Shown here piece after piece: positions 28,262-46,736 of a stretch of DNA of 64,000 bases. The position numbers and the translations under genes are program-made. Source of the stretch: the human T2T-CHM13v2.0 reference genome, Homo sapiens; the NCBI GenBank assembly GCA_009914755.4, contig CP068257.2, forward strand, positions 13,056,001 to 13,120,000. The letters run 5' to 3'. Under the pieces are notes generated by a model. The model saw only the letters and a list, made by a program, of their open reading frames with translations. It had not been told where the DNA came from and did not search any database. Position 1 is the stretch's first letter, and each line of letters begins with the position of its first letter.

Positions 28262-30167
28262 TTTGCAGGCCAGATTCTCTCTGTCACAACTACTGAGCTC
28301 TGCCATTTTAGCAAAAGAAAAGTCACAAAAGACAATACAAATGTAAGTGGACATGTTGTGCTTCAATAAAACATTTACAAAAACAGGCAGTGTCTTTCCG
28401 GGGAAGCAGGCCATCCTTTGCTGATCCCTGCTCTAATCAATATCAGATCAGCTTTGATAAGTCAACAGGTTGCAGTACAAGCCTTTTCCTGAAGGCTCCG
28501 AAGCTCTCGTTCTTGGCTGAACTCACAAAATCTTCCTTGTAGCTTATAGCAGAGACTCCATGGGATCATCAGAGTAAAACAAATACTATCTGAAGATAGA
28601 AGAGAATTAATGGCTGTAGTTAATTTATTACTAATAATTTTCAATTGTGAACATTTTATGAGATTTTTCTATATAGTATAGAACAACTGTAGAGTTGAAT
28701 AATGCAGTTGACAGGAGTACATGATTATTTCAGTGACATGAAAATCAAAGATAATAAAACCATTCCAAAAAAAAGTTTCTGAGAAAAATGATCAAATCTA
28801 TTTTCAGAAACATCACTGAATGCTATATCTGATTTACAAAATTGGATGAATGGCTTTAATGAGAAAAAATCTTGGAATATAGCATATAATATACATAATA
28901 TGCCAAGAATGTCAAATAAAGAGATTCAGTAAGTCTAGAGTGGGGCCTAAACATGTAGAAAACTCCTTGGGCAATCCAGTGTGCACCTCCAATATAGAAC
29001 CACTAGCCTAGAAGACTCTAGCTTTTGTTGGGTGTGGGAATTGATTTCACTCTACTTACAAACCATTAAGATAGCTCTAAGATATGCTCTTACTGTTTCT
29101 TGTGTACCAACAGAAGACATGAGACTCCTAGATCAGAGACAGAGGACTTTATTACTTACATCACAGCAAGCAACACAAATGAATATAGTTGCATTTAGTT
29201 TCTCTTGTACCTAAGTCCCACAGGGGTGACAGAGAGGGTCCAGATAGATGCTGTGCATGCATAGGGTTTATGTCACAGTCTGAAGAACTCTGAGTTTGAG
29301 GAAATCCATCACTTCTGTAGTAAGCAGTAAGCAAGCCTAATCTCTGCCTCAGATGGAAGTTTTATTTCATCCCTCAAAGAAACTTATGAGAACACAGCCT
29401 TGGGAACTGGCCCAGGTAAAGGAGCAACCAGGGCCTTGAAATCTCAGCAAGGAGTATGAGAAGCCCATGAACAGCTATGTCTCCCAACAGATTCAAATGA
29501 AAAAAGTAAGGTTGTAGACAAGTGAGCATTTGAAGTAAAACCTGAAATTATAACAGATAAGTATATATTGTTTTTGCTTAATGTCATCACATAAAGCACA
29601 ATAGGACTCTGATAAATATTCAAAAATCCGACAGAACTAGTTCATCATAATCTTGATCAGGGTTTCACCAGAGTTGAAATATATTATGAAAAGGAAGGTA
29701 TTGACAAATCTCTAAGGACTTCACATAAAGCATACAATTTCTGAAATATTTGGATTAATAACATTAACCTTTACAAACTGAACCTAGAGAAAAGCGTGTC
29801 TTTCCAAATTTGACAATTTTTCCCATGCAGTTGTTATAATAGTAGCAAATCAAACAAAACTCAGTATTTCTAGTGCCTCTTTTTATGAGCAAAAGAACAA
29901 ATTTTTGTGATTGTTTCCCAGGAGCCCTCTGGGAAACCTCAAAGATAGTTTACATGTAAAAGATAGTCTGAATTTTTATTTTATTTTTTCTATACTTAGG
30001 ACCTGAATTTGAGAAGGCTAAAATCACAATGTCTTCAGAGATTTGGAACCAAGATTGAGATAAGATGGTGGGTGCCTGAGAAATAATAACTAGTTACCAA
30101 TTAAATAAAATGACAATAAAACAAAAATAAACATTGAAATTAGCAGGGTGGTGAAAACCTTAGTTCT

Positions 30168-30488
<321 letters not shown>

Positions 30489-30732
30489 TTAGTTCTATTA
30501 TAAGTGAGGAAGCTTTCTTCTTTTTTTTCATATTACATAATTAAGAAATTTAGTCAACAAAAACCACATAAAATAATGCTGGTAAAATAGAGAATCTCTG
30601 CTGCTATCCACATGGATTACACAGAAGGTAAAAAAGAACCTGTCAAATTGTTGGCAAAGATCATCAGTAACCTAAAAAAGGAAACTCATCAAGATTTAGT
30701 ATATTTTGTTAAAATTTCAACACTTTTAATAG

Positions 30733-31081
<349 letters not shown>

Positions 31082-31610
31082 TAAAAAAATCACTTTTAAA
31101 ATTTCAATATTATTTATCTTCTTTCACATTCTGGAATAAATTGGCATTTTACTTTAGGACAGATCTCAGGAAGCTCATGAGTAAAAACTTATTTCACAAT
31201 AATACTAAGATATTTATGTTAGCATGCAATGTATTCATCATGGCTATATTTAAATAAATCCATAAATGTTTAAAACTTGTTTAAATTCTGAATATGATAA
31301 ATATTGATATGTATAGCTCACAGAAGCAAAAGCTCTCTGAGTTCCTCAATAGGTTCCAAAAGCCTGAGAATTGTTACCTTAAAACGAAAGTATTCTTTTT
31401 TTCTTCCAAAATACATACACAGTTCATTTTGGGTCATCATCGCTCCAAGGGTAGTTTCTGTTACTCGTGTTAATTTTAACATTTAATAAACTCTCACAGA
31501 GAAAACGAGGGTAGCCAAGTGTCTGTCATACATAAGTATTTTAGCCAATTAGCAAAGCTCATGGACACACAGAATATGTCTTTCAACAGCCACACAAATA
31601 CATTTTATAC

Positions 31611-31930
31611 TTTTTTTTCTTTTCTTTTTTTTTTTTTTTTTTGGAGCCAGGGTCTTGCTCTGTCACCCAAGCTGGAGTGCAGTGGTAACGTGGCTCAATC
31701 ATGGCTCACGGTAGCCTCGACCTCTTGGGCTCAAGCAATCCTTCCATCTCAGCCTCCTAAGTAGCTAGGACCACATGCATGCACCACCAAGCACAACTAA
31801 TTTTTTAATTTTTGTAGAGATGGGGTCTACCTATGTTGCCCAGGCTCATCTCAAATTCCTGGACTCAAATGATCCTCCTGTCTTAGCCTCCAAAGTTCTG
31901 GGATTATAGACATGAGCCACCTCACCCAGT
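31611..31930 (-). mobile_element. Alu SINE (antisense; diverged, AluJ-like)
   Basis: Poly-T head followed by 'ggagccagggtcttgctctgtcacccaagctggagtgcagtggtaacg...gacatgagccacctcacccagt'. Confidence 0.9.
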
Positions 31931-32509
31931 TTACACTTTCTTAATTAGACAAAAATGAATACGTCCATTAACAGGGACAAAGATCAATCCAATTTAATCA
32001 ATTTAATGCAATCCACTCAGTCCATGAGCTTGGAAATTGTATTGTCTTCCAGCTGGCATATTATAACACAATTACTGTTCAAACAAAACTTTGTTAGAAT
32101 AATTAAATATATACAAATGTGTCCTTTTTACAATATTAAACATTATATAATAGTAATGTTAGCTTATTTGATCAGTAAACTTGGTTAAGTTTAAGAAAAA
32201 CAAACCCAAATAGAATAAAATGCATGCTTATATATTAGCATTGATAAAAAGGAGAAGACTGCTGTTGCTAGTAAACTAAAATTATAGATCTAGTTTCATT
32301 TACCAAAGATTTACCTTTGTTATAGAAATTGGAGTTCTTAAAGCATTTCCAAGTTAACTCACGTAAGAATGTTTTAATTCAAGCACATTTAAAGTATTAG
32401 AAGTTTATTTTTTATTTTTCTAGACATTTTAGTAATATTCATTTTTATGTATTTTTAATCTACTCAGAATACAGCTCCTATAACTTTAGAGGCTTTGCAG
32501 TCTAATTAA

Positions 32510-32834
<325 letters not shown>

Positions 32835-33716
32835 AAGAAGATAGTTTACAGTTAAAGTTTTTTCTGAATTATAGAAGCATAAACATACAGAGTCACCAAG
32901 AGTGTATAGTTTCAGATTTAAAACTTTAGCCACAGGTCAACTGTAAACAGAGAAACACAAAAATCTCAGTCCAGATATCAAATAGCTGCACTCCTTTCTA
33001 GTGAGCACAAAATTCTTAAGTATTCTAAGCACAAAAATAAACAAGTTAACAAACAAGCAAAAACATTAGTAAACGAGTTTACCTCTTGTCTCTTACCCAA
33101 CAGAGAATATATCTCTATCTACCATCTACAGAGACCACAAATAATCAGACCATAAAAACAAATTCCCAATTATCACTACCACCAGTGCATAACTCATTGG
33201 CCATGCACAAACCAGAAACAAAAACAAAACACGAGATCATTAGAAAGGAAAAAGAATTACAGAAACAGAGGTTAAGTAAATGTATAGTTCTATTGCGGAT
33301 TGTGATTCACTTCTGGGAGTCAAGAAGAGAGGTGTCTGGGCTTAGGCTGCCTATGAGGTGCACCTCTCCAGCAATGTGGCTTACCAGGCTATGTCACATG
33401 AATTTTGGGCATCTTCGTGGAAACTTCAAAACTATTAAAGGGTAATTTTTAAAAGAGGACATAATCATCACTCTCATACAAATATCAAGTGAACAGATGC
33501 TCAGAGAGCAGAGTCAAGAGTCTTGATGACATTTGTGTACCAGGTTTTCATTATTCCTGGTCCCAGATAAATTTCTGTTCTTGGGGTCTGTGAGTCACTG
33601 TGTATCTTGACAACTTCTTCTTTTTTTTTTTTTAACATAGTTTGAGTCAGGTTTCAGTTACTTCATTTAGGAAGCATTTTTACCGGGGCCACAATGCAGC
33701 GCTACTCTAGGAGGTG

Positions 33717-33868
33717 CTGTCCAATACAGCAGCCATCAGCCACACGTAGCTATTTAAACTTAAATTACTAAAAATTAAATAATATTTAAAATTTGGTCAC
33801 ACTAGTCATATTCCAAATGCTCAATAGCCACATGGAGCTGGTGGCTACTATGTTAGATACCACAGACC
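33717..33868. mobile_element. Palindromic MITE-like element (MER-type non-autonomous DNA transposon; family uncertain)
   Basis: The terminal inverted repeats 'ctgtccaatacagcagccatcagccacacgtagctatttaaa' ... 'ctcaatagccacatggagctggtggctactatgttagataccacag' are reverse complements of each other. The centre is AT-rich. Confidence 0.5.
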
Positions 33869-34202
33869 CACAGGGACTTTCTCGTCCCCAAGCCATATTG
33901 TAAAGCAGAGTCTACAGCAAATAGTTGCTGAGTTTACATCTCAGTTCAGTAGACTGAGCAAGAAGCATTCTAAGAAACTTAGAACAAACTGTGATCAAAA
34001 GATGGTTACTTTAGTAATAATGTAAAAGAGAGTTTCTATATAAAAGTGGATGCAAACAAAATCATATGTCAAGTACAACCAAGATTTTTATTAGATCAAA
34101 ACCAGGAAGATTTAGTGTCTGTGAGGTTGCTGTTTAAATTATTTTCTTACATTGCAATGGAAAGAAATAGATTGTATGAACCAAGTTTCTAGTATAAGAA
34201 AT

Positions 34203-34615
34203 TGTTACGGGTTGAATTGTGTCCCCCAAAAAAGTATGTTGAAGTCCTAACCTCCAGCATCTCAGGAAGTGACCTTATTTGGGAATAGTGTCATTGCAGA
34301 CGTCATTAGTTAAGATGAGATCTTGCTGGAGTAGAGTGGGCCTTTAATCCAATATAAATACTGTATTTAAGAGAAGAGACACAGAGAAAACATAGGGAGA
34401 AAATGGCCCTATGATGGTGGAGGCAGAGAATGATTGGAATGATGCATTTATAAGCCAAGGACAACCAGCAAATAGCAGAAGCTAGAAGCAAGGTAAGATT
34501 CTTCAGGTTTCAAAAGGAACATGGCCCTGCCAACACCTTGATTTCAGAATTCTTGTCTCCAGAACTGTGAAAAAAAGAAATTTCTGTTGTTTAATCCATC
34601 CAATACAATAAAATA
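34203..34615 (+). mobile_element. MLT1-class MaLR solo LTR (sense)
   Basis: 'tgttacgggttgaattgtgtcccccaaaaaagtatgttgaagtcctaacctccagcatctcaggaagtgaccttatttgggaatag...cttgtctccagaactgtgaaaaaaagaaatttctgttgtttaatccatcc', read against the MLT1 consensus 'tgttatggactgaatgtgtccccccaaaattcatatgttgaagccctaaccc...ccagaactgtgagaaataaatgtttgttgtttaagccaccc'. Confidence 0.75.
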
Positions 34616-37600
34616 AACATATCTGAAAGATTTTATTTAATTCATCAATTAATGAGGAAACGTCTACAATATCACAAACCTTCAAAGACTAAATCAAAGT
34701 ACTACACATGTAAAAACAACAATGCTTAAATAAATGTACAAGTGAACACAAAAATGGCTTATTCTGTGGGAGTGAGAGAAGGATTTGGAGAAGGAGCTTA
34801 ATTGTATTTCCAATGGGCAAAATTTACTTGTATGGCTAAGGATAAGAATCATTTGCATTGCTGTTAGTCATATACAGTTGAAAGAGTTGTAAAGTAGCTC
34901 AAAGACAACAAAAGGTACAGACAATCCATGGATAGTCGTGGAATAGGAGAACCCAGAATGTATGAGTAGACATAACCTTTTTGGTACATTTTAAAATCTT
35001 TCATGATTTCTTCCTGTATCCATAACAAAAAGCTTTTAAAACCAACATTCATTTTTAACTTTATATTCTATTTTTTGAGGCCAAAATGATTTAGAAACTT
35101 CAAAAAATTATTTACGAAGGAGTAGTCTAAATTATAAGAAACTGTAAGTTTTCTGAGAAACAGAAATTAAAATTCTCAGGTGAGTGGGAAGGTTCCATTT
35201 CTTAAATCCATTTTCCATTTTTCTTAAATTTTACTTATGATTGATTTCAATTCAAATGTAGGAAGACCCAGTTAAAAGTATAGTAGCTAAATGAATTTAC
35301 AGATAGTCTAAGACAAAAATATGAGTTTGAATAAAGTTTATTTGATTACTATATTAAGATAGAAATGTTAGCTGCTCTAACAAACACCTGTCTCTCAGTT
35401 TTAATGAAATAACATTTTATTTCTTGCTCATAGGAAGTCCAAAGGTATTGGGCAGATTTCTTAGATGTCTCTCCTTCAAAGCATAACTCAGGAATCTAAG
35501 TTCCTTTCATTATATGGTTCTGCCATTTGGGAGCCTTTCACTTCCACACACACACAGAACACAAATGAAAAACCTCATGAGAGATGTTAGGTACTAAGCC
35601 TGGGTTTGACTTTCAGTTCTTGTCTCAACTAGGCACGTGGCCCTAACTCAACTGCAAAGAATTCTAAGAAATGTATTCATCCTGAGTGCACTGAAAAAGA
35701 CAACAGGTTTCTCAGCAGCTAGCCTATTACTTCTATCATCCTTCTTACTTATATAATTAATTGCCAGTTACAACTGTTCCTCGTAAACCATGATAATTGA
35801 TTTGACTTATCTTTTTTAAATTCTTTTAATTTATCTCTATTAATTTATAGCCAATGGAAAGTTGCCCAACTTTCTGACTTTGTCACTCTGAAGACCCAGT
35901 ATGGAAGGTTCTTAACAGCAAAAGCTGTATCACATTCAGAAGAGGACAACCACATGGAAATAAATGAGCAGTGAAGCTGACAGGGGTATCAATGTGTCTT
36001 TCAATGCTTCGTGCATCATCAGCTATTTATTTCAATATTTTGTATGTCATCAGCACTTTGTCTGACAGCTCCATTTGTTCACTTTTCATACTTCTTTTGG
36101 GTGAACAGCATGTATAAGAGCTCCATTTTGGAACAGCACATTAATCTTCCCTAGTTAAGGGATGACTTGTTCTCACACTTATCATTGCACCTCTCTTGTG
36201 ATATGACATCACCCCCTCATTTGCTGAGATAAATGCCAAACAAAAACATCACACCGGCATCTGAATTTCTACATTGTCTATTTGATTTGTATCACAACTT
36301 TGAAATATAAGGAAAGGAGGACACTAGTCATTAATGAAGCTACTTTTTTTTCTTGGCGCTTTTATATTTTCTACAAGATTTGTACTTAATATTGAGAAAC
36401 TCTGACAGTCCTAAGCCAATTCTGTGGCTTGCCCAGTAGGTTAAATCAAGTTGTGCCAGAAAACCCAGACATATACCCATCTTCCACACAATGGAGTGGC
36501 AACCAGCCTCCCTTGTCCTTCGGCATCCATGGCAAGTTTGTCCTCTAGAGCACTGAGTTATATGACCCATGAGCCAATGGCTGCATTTACAACAAAGACC
36601 CGTGAAAGTTGTAATTCCTTTACAAATAACTCATGAGTTCAGTCCTATCCAGAAGGTGATGCTGAAATACTGCACAATAACAATGTTTGTTTGCCTAAAA
36701 AGGACATTCAGCAGCAATGGTTCACTACAGGTTAGGCACCATATTTCAATTCCTAATCAAATTCTATTTGGACCTTTCATTTCCTGAAATGACCCTGAAA
36801 ATGTTATCTCTACTCTAGCTGTCACCCTTCCTGCTTGTGATCTCAGTTTGAAATCTAAGTATTAGAAACCGTAGAAGACTGTGGCTGGATTTGGCATTAT
36901 TCCAGTTCACTATGAAGACACATTTAAACTGAAAAACTTACATAAACTAAGTGAGATGAACTGGTCTCCATAACAGGAGAAGGTAATACGATGATGGCTT
37001 ATAATTTGGAATAAAAATCATGTAGTGTCTTTAATATCTTTCACCCACAAGACATTATGTGTATAAAGACTTAGAAAATTAGAAAATAATGGGAAAACAC
37101 CCAAATGTCCAAGAGCAAGAGAATAAATAAATAAATTATGCTATGCTCAAATAATGAAATAATATGCAACAGAGAAAAGCAATAAACTACAGGCATGACT
37201 GACAATGTGCAGGATTCCCATGAACAAAAATGTTGGAAGAAAATGTCAAATGAACACAGAACAATATGGTATAAGATTTTGTATACAAACTTTTAAAACG
37301 TACAAAAGGATATTATATACAGCTAAGAGTACCTGCAATTATTGTACTAAAAACACAGTGGAAGATAAATACCGGTGGCTCCCTCTAGAGGCAAGGAAGA
37401 AATGAGACGTGATCAGAGAGGAATGCTTAACGGCACTTCAAATGTGCAGGGCGTGTTTTATTTGCTAAGCTGGTGTTCACTTTATTTTTCTTTATACTTT
37501 CCTTGTATGTGTAAATATTTGCAAAATAAAATGTAATAAAACCATGTAGGTGGCGATCCCTGCCCTTAGAAATTAAAAAAATCTTATTATGGAGAAAAGA

Positions 37601-37699
37601 TATTTGCACATTTTTTCAACTTTATATATATTTTATTGTTGCAATAATATAGACTACAAGAAATTAGCTTATTAAATAAAATCTACCTTCATTCATATA

Positions 37700-38160
37700 T
37701 ATATAATACTTTGAGTTCTGGAGCACGTGTGCATAACGTGCAGGTTTGTTACATAGGTATATATGTGCCATGGTGGTTTGTTGCACCCATCAACCCTTCA
37801 TCTACATTAGGTATTTCTCCTAATGCTGTCCCTTCCCTAGCCCCCACCCCCCAACAGGCCCCAGTGTGTGATGTTCCCCTCCCTGTGTCCATGTGTTCTT
37901 ATTTTTCCACTCCTACTTATGCGTGAGGACATGCAGTGTTTGGTTTTCTGTTCTTGTGTTAGTTTGCTGAGAATGATGGTTTCCAGTTTCATCCATGTCC
38001 ATGCAAAGGACATGAACTCATCCTTTTTTATGGCTGCATAGTATTCTATTGTGTATATGTGCCACATTTTCTTTATCCAGTCTATCATGGATGGGCATTT
38101 GGGTTGATTCCAAGTCTTTGCTATTGTGAATAGTGCTGCAATAAACATACGTGGACACTT
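37700..38160 (-). mobile_element. L1PA-type LINE 3'-end fragment (antisense)
   Basis: ORF 37837..38166(-), '...MFIAALFTIAKTWNQPKCPSMIDWIKKMWHIYTIEYYAAIKKDEFMSFAWTWMKLETIILSKLTQEQKTKHCM', is the L1 ORF2 C-terminus. The nucleotide sequence is near L1PA consensus and ends at the L1 3' tip ('actttgagttctgg'). Confidence 0.9.
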
Positions 38161-40609
38161 GCACATTTTTTAAAAGGTAGACGACAACACAAGATGACAA
38201 ATGTGTAAATTCCAAATGAATCTTACAGATAACCTGATAATATTCCTGGAGTCTTCAGGGAAATTTTATTTGTGGAAATAAAATGTCTTATTATCAAAAA
38301 AGCAGATGGAAACAGGGAGAGGACTAAGAAGAATATGATCCATGTCCATACAATTATAATGTATATCTTTTTACTGGAATGTTATCTCCATGAAGGCAGG
38401 ATCATCTGTTGTGTTTAGTGCAAATCTTGAGTCCCTGGTATATCCTAGGTAAAACCTACGTACAATAACTTTCATGGAGGGAAGACTGGCATTCTCTAAT
38501 ACCAGTATTCTTGAGATAGAAAACTCATAGACATTCTGACAGTTTAGTAATATACAGTGTTTTACACAGCAGTTCTCAACCTCATAGAACTCCTTTTTCC
38601 AGAGAAAACATATGGTAGATATTTTAGGTTTAACATTTGTGGCTGACAGATCTGTATTGCATGAGAAAGAGAATGTAAGGGTGTATCTGATAAAGCAACT
38701 AGTTTGATCTCTTAACCTGAACCATGATGCTCCTGTAGCAAATAAAAATTAAAGTGGAACAATAACAACTAAATCTAGGACACTTCAACCATTGATGTCA
38801 AAAATACTGAATTGAGAATTAGTACACATAAAATAAAATTTACTCTGTTGTTTGCACTTGATCTAGAGGTTGTATGGAAAAAAATAAAAACAGAAACAGA
38901 AAATAGTGATGGATTTTAAATAGTTCTTTGTGTCCTAAAAAGCCAACCAAACAACAACAACAAAAAACATAGATCTCAGAGGCCTTTGCAGGCTGTACAT
39001 TTCAAGACCAGATAAAAGGTGAGAGGTCTCAAGTGACAGACCAAGATGGGTCACAGGATGCCTGAGAAACCACATGATTAGGTGCAGTCAGACGAACAAC
39101 TGTAGAGTCAGTGAAAAATCAATCTGGTAGTGACAGAAGCCTATGAGTGAAATGTCTTTTCCATATTTTTTAGCTATCACTCTGTCAATACACGCACTTG
39201 AAACTGGATGCACTTGAGAATTAAAAGATGTTAGATCTATAAAGCATTAGAACAGTGTCTACTAGGTACTAACTTCTCAATAAATACTGTCTACTTTGCT
39301 GAAGTAATAAGTATATTAATAACAAAATTTTTAAATATTGAATTAAATTTTTTTATTGTATATACAGAAGCTCCTTCAATGCTATCTTTTATTTTCACCA
39401 TGGCTTCACATTAGCCTATCACAAAATTCTACTCCTTACCTACGATCTCAGTGAGAGGTTCTTGCATTAGGATGTACTAAGAACACCAAAGAATCTAAAG
39501 AACTCACGGTTATGGCAATTTCTACAATGAAGATAAACAGGGATTATGCAGTTTGGTTGACATTCAGGTCTCCAGTGTGTGCTCTTTGGCCTTTCGTGGT
39601 CACACTATGTGCTGCTCTGCTTCTATTTATATCATCTTCATCAAATAACAGGCCTAGTAGGAGAATTGGAGGCAGGGGGTGAAGGAAAAAACAAAATGTA
39701 TGAAACCTTCAACCAAACACAGTGACTTTATGTTACCAGTACTGGTGGGAGATTTGTTATAGGACTAAAAAAGATGCAGAAGAATTCATATAAGAATCAG
39801 GAGATCCAAGGCCTACTCTAATTTGCCACTAACTATCTGGGTCACCATGGGACTAATTCCTTAACGTCTGTGAGTACAATACTATACTCAAATTAGAAAA
39901 TCTTCCAGATCCCTCCCATTCCATATTTATGATTCGTTGATGTTGCACCTTCCCAGATAACCAAGAATCACCTATAAATAGGAAGGGGCAGGCATTTCTC
40001 TTTTCTCATCACATTCTCTTTTCCAATAGGTGTTACTACCCTCTAATTTTTTTTTTAATAAAATCCTCTAGCAAAGGCAATGATTCCTCTATTACTCATC
40101 ATGAACAAGAGTGCCAGATATGTTTCCTGACTGATAGAAATATCTGAATAAACACGTGGTGCAGTGTCAAAAGCCCTGGACATGGAAGACCTGCAGCTAA
40201 CCTCTGATTTACTACTTACTAGCAGTTTTACTTTAGAAGTGATATAGAAATTATAATATTGGTGGCTATTGTCTTGGAGATTTTGTCTTTGATTTCACTC
40301 ACTTTAGAGAAGAGCAAACACCCTCAGTGAGACAGGATAGATACTGCCGGAGACATGATGGGAACCTAGTGATTTTTCCCCCAAGACTTTGAAAACAATT
40401 TTTTGGTTTCAAAGACTGAAAAAAAAAATGTATTAACTATAACAAAAAATTCTTCAAGTAAAGCCCCATGTGCAACTTTAATATATTATCAGATCGAAAT
40501 GATATCATTGTGGTGAAGAGAAGCAAGAGCCTTAGGGACTTTCACCTGACTTCTCCCACCTCCCTTCCCAGCCCCACAAGGCAATAAAAACTCTGACTCC
40601 TAGGACTCT

Positions 40610-40760
40610 TCCAAAGCTCCTCCTTGAAGTGGCCATTTGCATCACCTGAGAGCATGAAAGCCTTGAAAAATCTCAGGCCCCATTCCAGGTTCAGTGAATC
40701 AGACTCTACCATGTGACAAGATCCCCAGGTGGTATGTGTACACAGTGAACTTGAGAAGCA
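40610..40760 (+). mobile_element. MER5-like hAT MITE fragment
   Basis: '...caggttcagtgaatcagactct...gatccccaggtggtatgtgtacacagtgaacttgagaagcactg' shares the motif order with the other two MER5-like copies. It ends at the family terminus 'gagaaccactg'. Confidence 0.4.
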
Positions 40761-43154
40761 CTGATCTAGAATACAATTTTAAAACTACCAAATTACCCCA
40801 TGCTGTTCTTCCTAATTAAAATCTCTGGCTTAGCTTTCCCAATGCCTACTTCGCAGTGTTGTTAAAACCATGAGTGTGAACTCATTTTGTAAAGTACACA
40901 TTCTATAAACAAAAGGTACTCTTATTAGTTCCAAGTTCCTGGAAGTTTCCGCTACCTCTCTGCTTGTGTTCTAGCTTAAAATCTTGAAATTTCCATTAAA
41001 ATAATTCTATATGATAAAGCTATCCCCATGTCTTAGCAGATATTCACTAGGAAATCAATCCTTGTTTGATTTGCTTATAGAATTTCTGTGTAACAAATAA
41101 TTCCATATCAGTTGTTTCTCTGATCTCTGCTTATCTAAGTCACTTTCTATGATTGAAGTATTTAATTGTGTGTTATTTGCACTGTGTACTGGGTGAGCTG
41201 TATTTGATAAGTCAAGTGCTTTACCCAGTAATCACACTTAAATCCCCTTCCCAATTAGTATACCCCACCTTAAATATTTCAAATAATGAAGTAAAGTCCA
41301 TTTTAAAAAATTAATACGGCTAAACAACATATGAACTAATAGGTTATTAATAAATGATGGACACTCAAATATATTGAATGAATGAATTAAAAATTTGAAG
41401 AAATAAATTTCAAGAAGGTTCAGCAAATTCCTCACCAACTATTGTATTTAATCCTTTGTTTTTACCTGAAAATTCATTTCAGCGAGGCTACTCTGTAATG
41501 CTAGTTTTTTTCCAACTTATAATGTGATATGTAAAAACTTATTTTGGCAAGTTTCCAAAAAGCTCAAAACTATGCAGCTAACCTAAGTTCATGATGAAAA
41601 GATTTGACTCATTGTGCTTTTTGTGTGTACGCTCACTGGTTAATTAATTTAAGAAGAAGTCTCACTTATATAACTGAGATGTTAAATGGCTGGATGATCT
41701 CATGATTCCCATTTCAGTACATTGACTTTTTTTAAAAAAACTTAATTATAAGAGTTGTCATTAGACTACTTAGAAACAAGAGTATTAGAGTGTGGATTGA
41801 TTCCTCTCTCTGTTTTCTTTCTATAAAAACTCTACAGATATATGCATCTCCTGGAAGGAAAAGAAATAAAATTAACCCCATATCTATGTTTAATTGTCTT
41901 AATGTGAAATATATGATATTTTCAATCACCAGTATATTGTATATTCAATCATGTCATTTTACAGCTGGATCTTAGAGATTACTATTACATATCTCACACT
42001 CATGCCCTATTTTCTCTCCAAACTGGTTGCATTTCCTTCCCTATTTCTGTATATTTTATTTTATTTTTTGCTTTCTTGCTCTCTTTTTACAGTACTTTGG
42101 AATTTTGAAAGCCAACATTAAGGTAGCATTAAGGTTATGAATTTAAAATGCTGGAGGTGAGCATAGGCAAAGAGTAAGTTTCTTCAAGTAACACTATATA
42201 TGATTAAAAACAAACTACATGCTTTCAAAAATGCATGCCATAAGGAAGAAATGAGGGGTGGGATGCTCACTGTTATATTGTATGAAAAGAACACATTAAA
42301 AAGAGTCATATAATTTGTTTTCTAGGGTATAGACCATGAAAAAGGTATACTTAAACTCTTAAATGCAGTATATTATTCTTCCCCATTAAATACTTTAGAA
42401 AAATTTAATCCAAATATCCAAAAAAATTTTAGTTTATTAAGATTGTAAGTGGCTAATAGCTTCAGATTCAGAGGGAACAAGGGGGTAGAGGGACAGCCCT
42501 TCATAGGCAGCTACCATTTAAGTGTTTCATTGTCATCCTTAGTGTCAGGAGAGCTAGGACTTTTAGGTTACAGAGGATTTTCCAAGTAAATAATACTGAG
42601 TAACTCTGCCAACTGAAGTCTACACGATCTGAAAGAGAAAATAACACAGAAGTCCCCCTTTAGGTTTAGTTTTAAATACAATATTCACTGAGATAATAAG
42701 AAACTACTAGTGTTCCAGAACTGTAGAGCCTAGAGCAGCTTGATGCTGTCTCACAATAAACTGACAGAGTTCATTTGGAGGAATTCAAAATTCGCTCAGA
42801 AAAATTTCTGAATCTACTAATTTTTTTTCAAAGACTATAACTTGTGATTCTAGCATAAAAGATAAAAGACAAAAATATCAAAAGTAACTATAGCTACAAC
42901 AATTTGTTAATGGATTTATAAAATTAAAAGATATAAGTTGTGACACAAATAGCATAAAATATGGTGGGGGTGCAGAGTGAGAGTGTAGACATTTTGTATG
43001 CAATTGAAGTTAAGCTGTTATTAGCTTAAAATAGACTGTTATAACCCTAAAATGTTACACATAAACTCCATGGTAACCACCAAGAAAAAACTTCTAGAAG
43101 ATACCAAAAAGATAAAAAGAAAGGAATCAAAGCATAACACTATAAAAATTCAAC

Positions 43155-43206
43155 AAATCACAAAGGAAGACAAATCACAAAGGAAGACAAATCACAAAGG
43201 AAGACA
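43155..43206. repeat. 17-bp tandem repeat x3 ('aaatcacaaaggaagac')
   Basis: Direct read: 'aaatcacaaaggaagacaaatcacaaaggaagacaaatcacaaaggaagac'. Confidence 0.85.
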
Positions 43207-43342
43207 GCAAGATTGGTAGAAGAGAACAAAGGAAATAGTAATAAAATGGCAACAGTAAGTTCTTGCATGTCAATAATTATCTTAAGTGTAAATGGATTAA
43301 ATTCGCAATCAAAAGACACGGTAATTAGATGGAGTAAAATTT

Positions 43343-46002
<2,660 letters not shown>

Positions 46003-46312
46003 TCTTTTAAGGATTTATTTTTAGAAGATCATAGGGTATAAACATTCTTATGACAGAGGGCATGACATAAGAATTTAGAAAACAGAGAATTTAGAAAATA
46101 GTCCAGAATTGCTGTCCAGAAAATATTAACTATTGAAAAGGAAATAAGCATTTGAAATAGAAATATAAAGTTAAGCATAAAAGTATTAACATCTAATTAT
46201 TATAAACTTTCTGTAATTGAAGTTGAACTGTTAGGACAATTTTTAAAGGCAGTATAGTGGTTAAGCATTGCCTTTGAAGCCATCCTTTATGGGTTTAATT
46301 CCATTCTGCTAT

Positions 46313-46704
46313 TTGCTTGTTGGGTATTGTATAATTTTCTATGGTTTTCATAAGCGAATACCACAGATTTGGTGGCATAAACAACAGAATTTTATTTTCC
46401 TAACTCTGAAGGCTGGAAGTCCATGATCATGGTGCAGGGTTAGGTTCTAATGAGGCCTCTCCTCTTAGTTTGCAGATGGCCATCTTCTTGCTGTGCCCTC
46501 ACATGGTCTTCTTTTCTGTGCGTGTGCATGCCTGGTGTGTCTTCCTCTTCTTAGAAGGTCATCGGTCCTATTGGATTATAGCCCCACACTTGTGACCTCA
46601 TTTAACTTATTAACCTCCTTAAAAACTCTGTCTCCAAATATAGTCACATTAGGGGTTAGTGATTCAACACATGAATATTGGGAGGACACAATTCAATCCA
46701 TAAC
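46313..46704 (-). mobile_element. MLT1-class MaLR solo LTR (antisense)
   Basis: 'ttgggtattgtataattttctatggttttcataagcgaataccacagatttggtggcataaacaac...ggaagtccatgatcatggtgcagg...tgggaggacacaattcaatccataaca' is the reverse complement of the MLT1 consensus, the same family as the copies at 34203 and 54457. Confidence 0.75.
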
Positions 46705-46736
46705 ACGTATACTTGGCCAAGTTACTCGATGTCTGC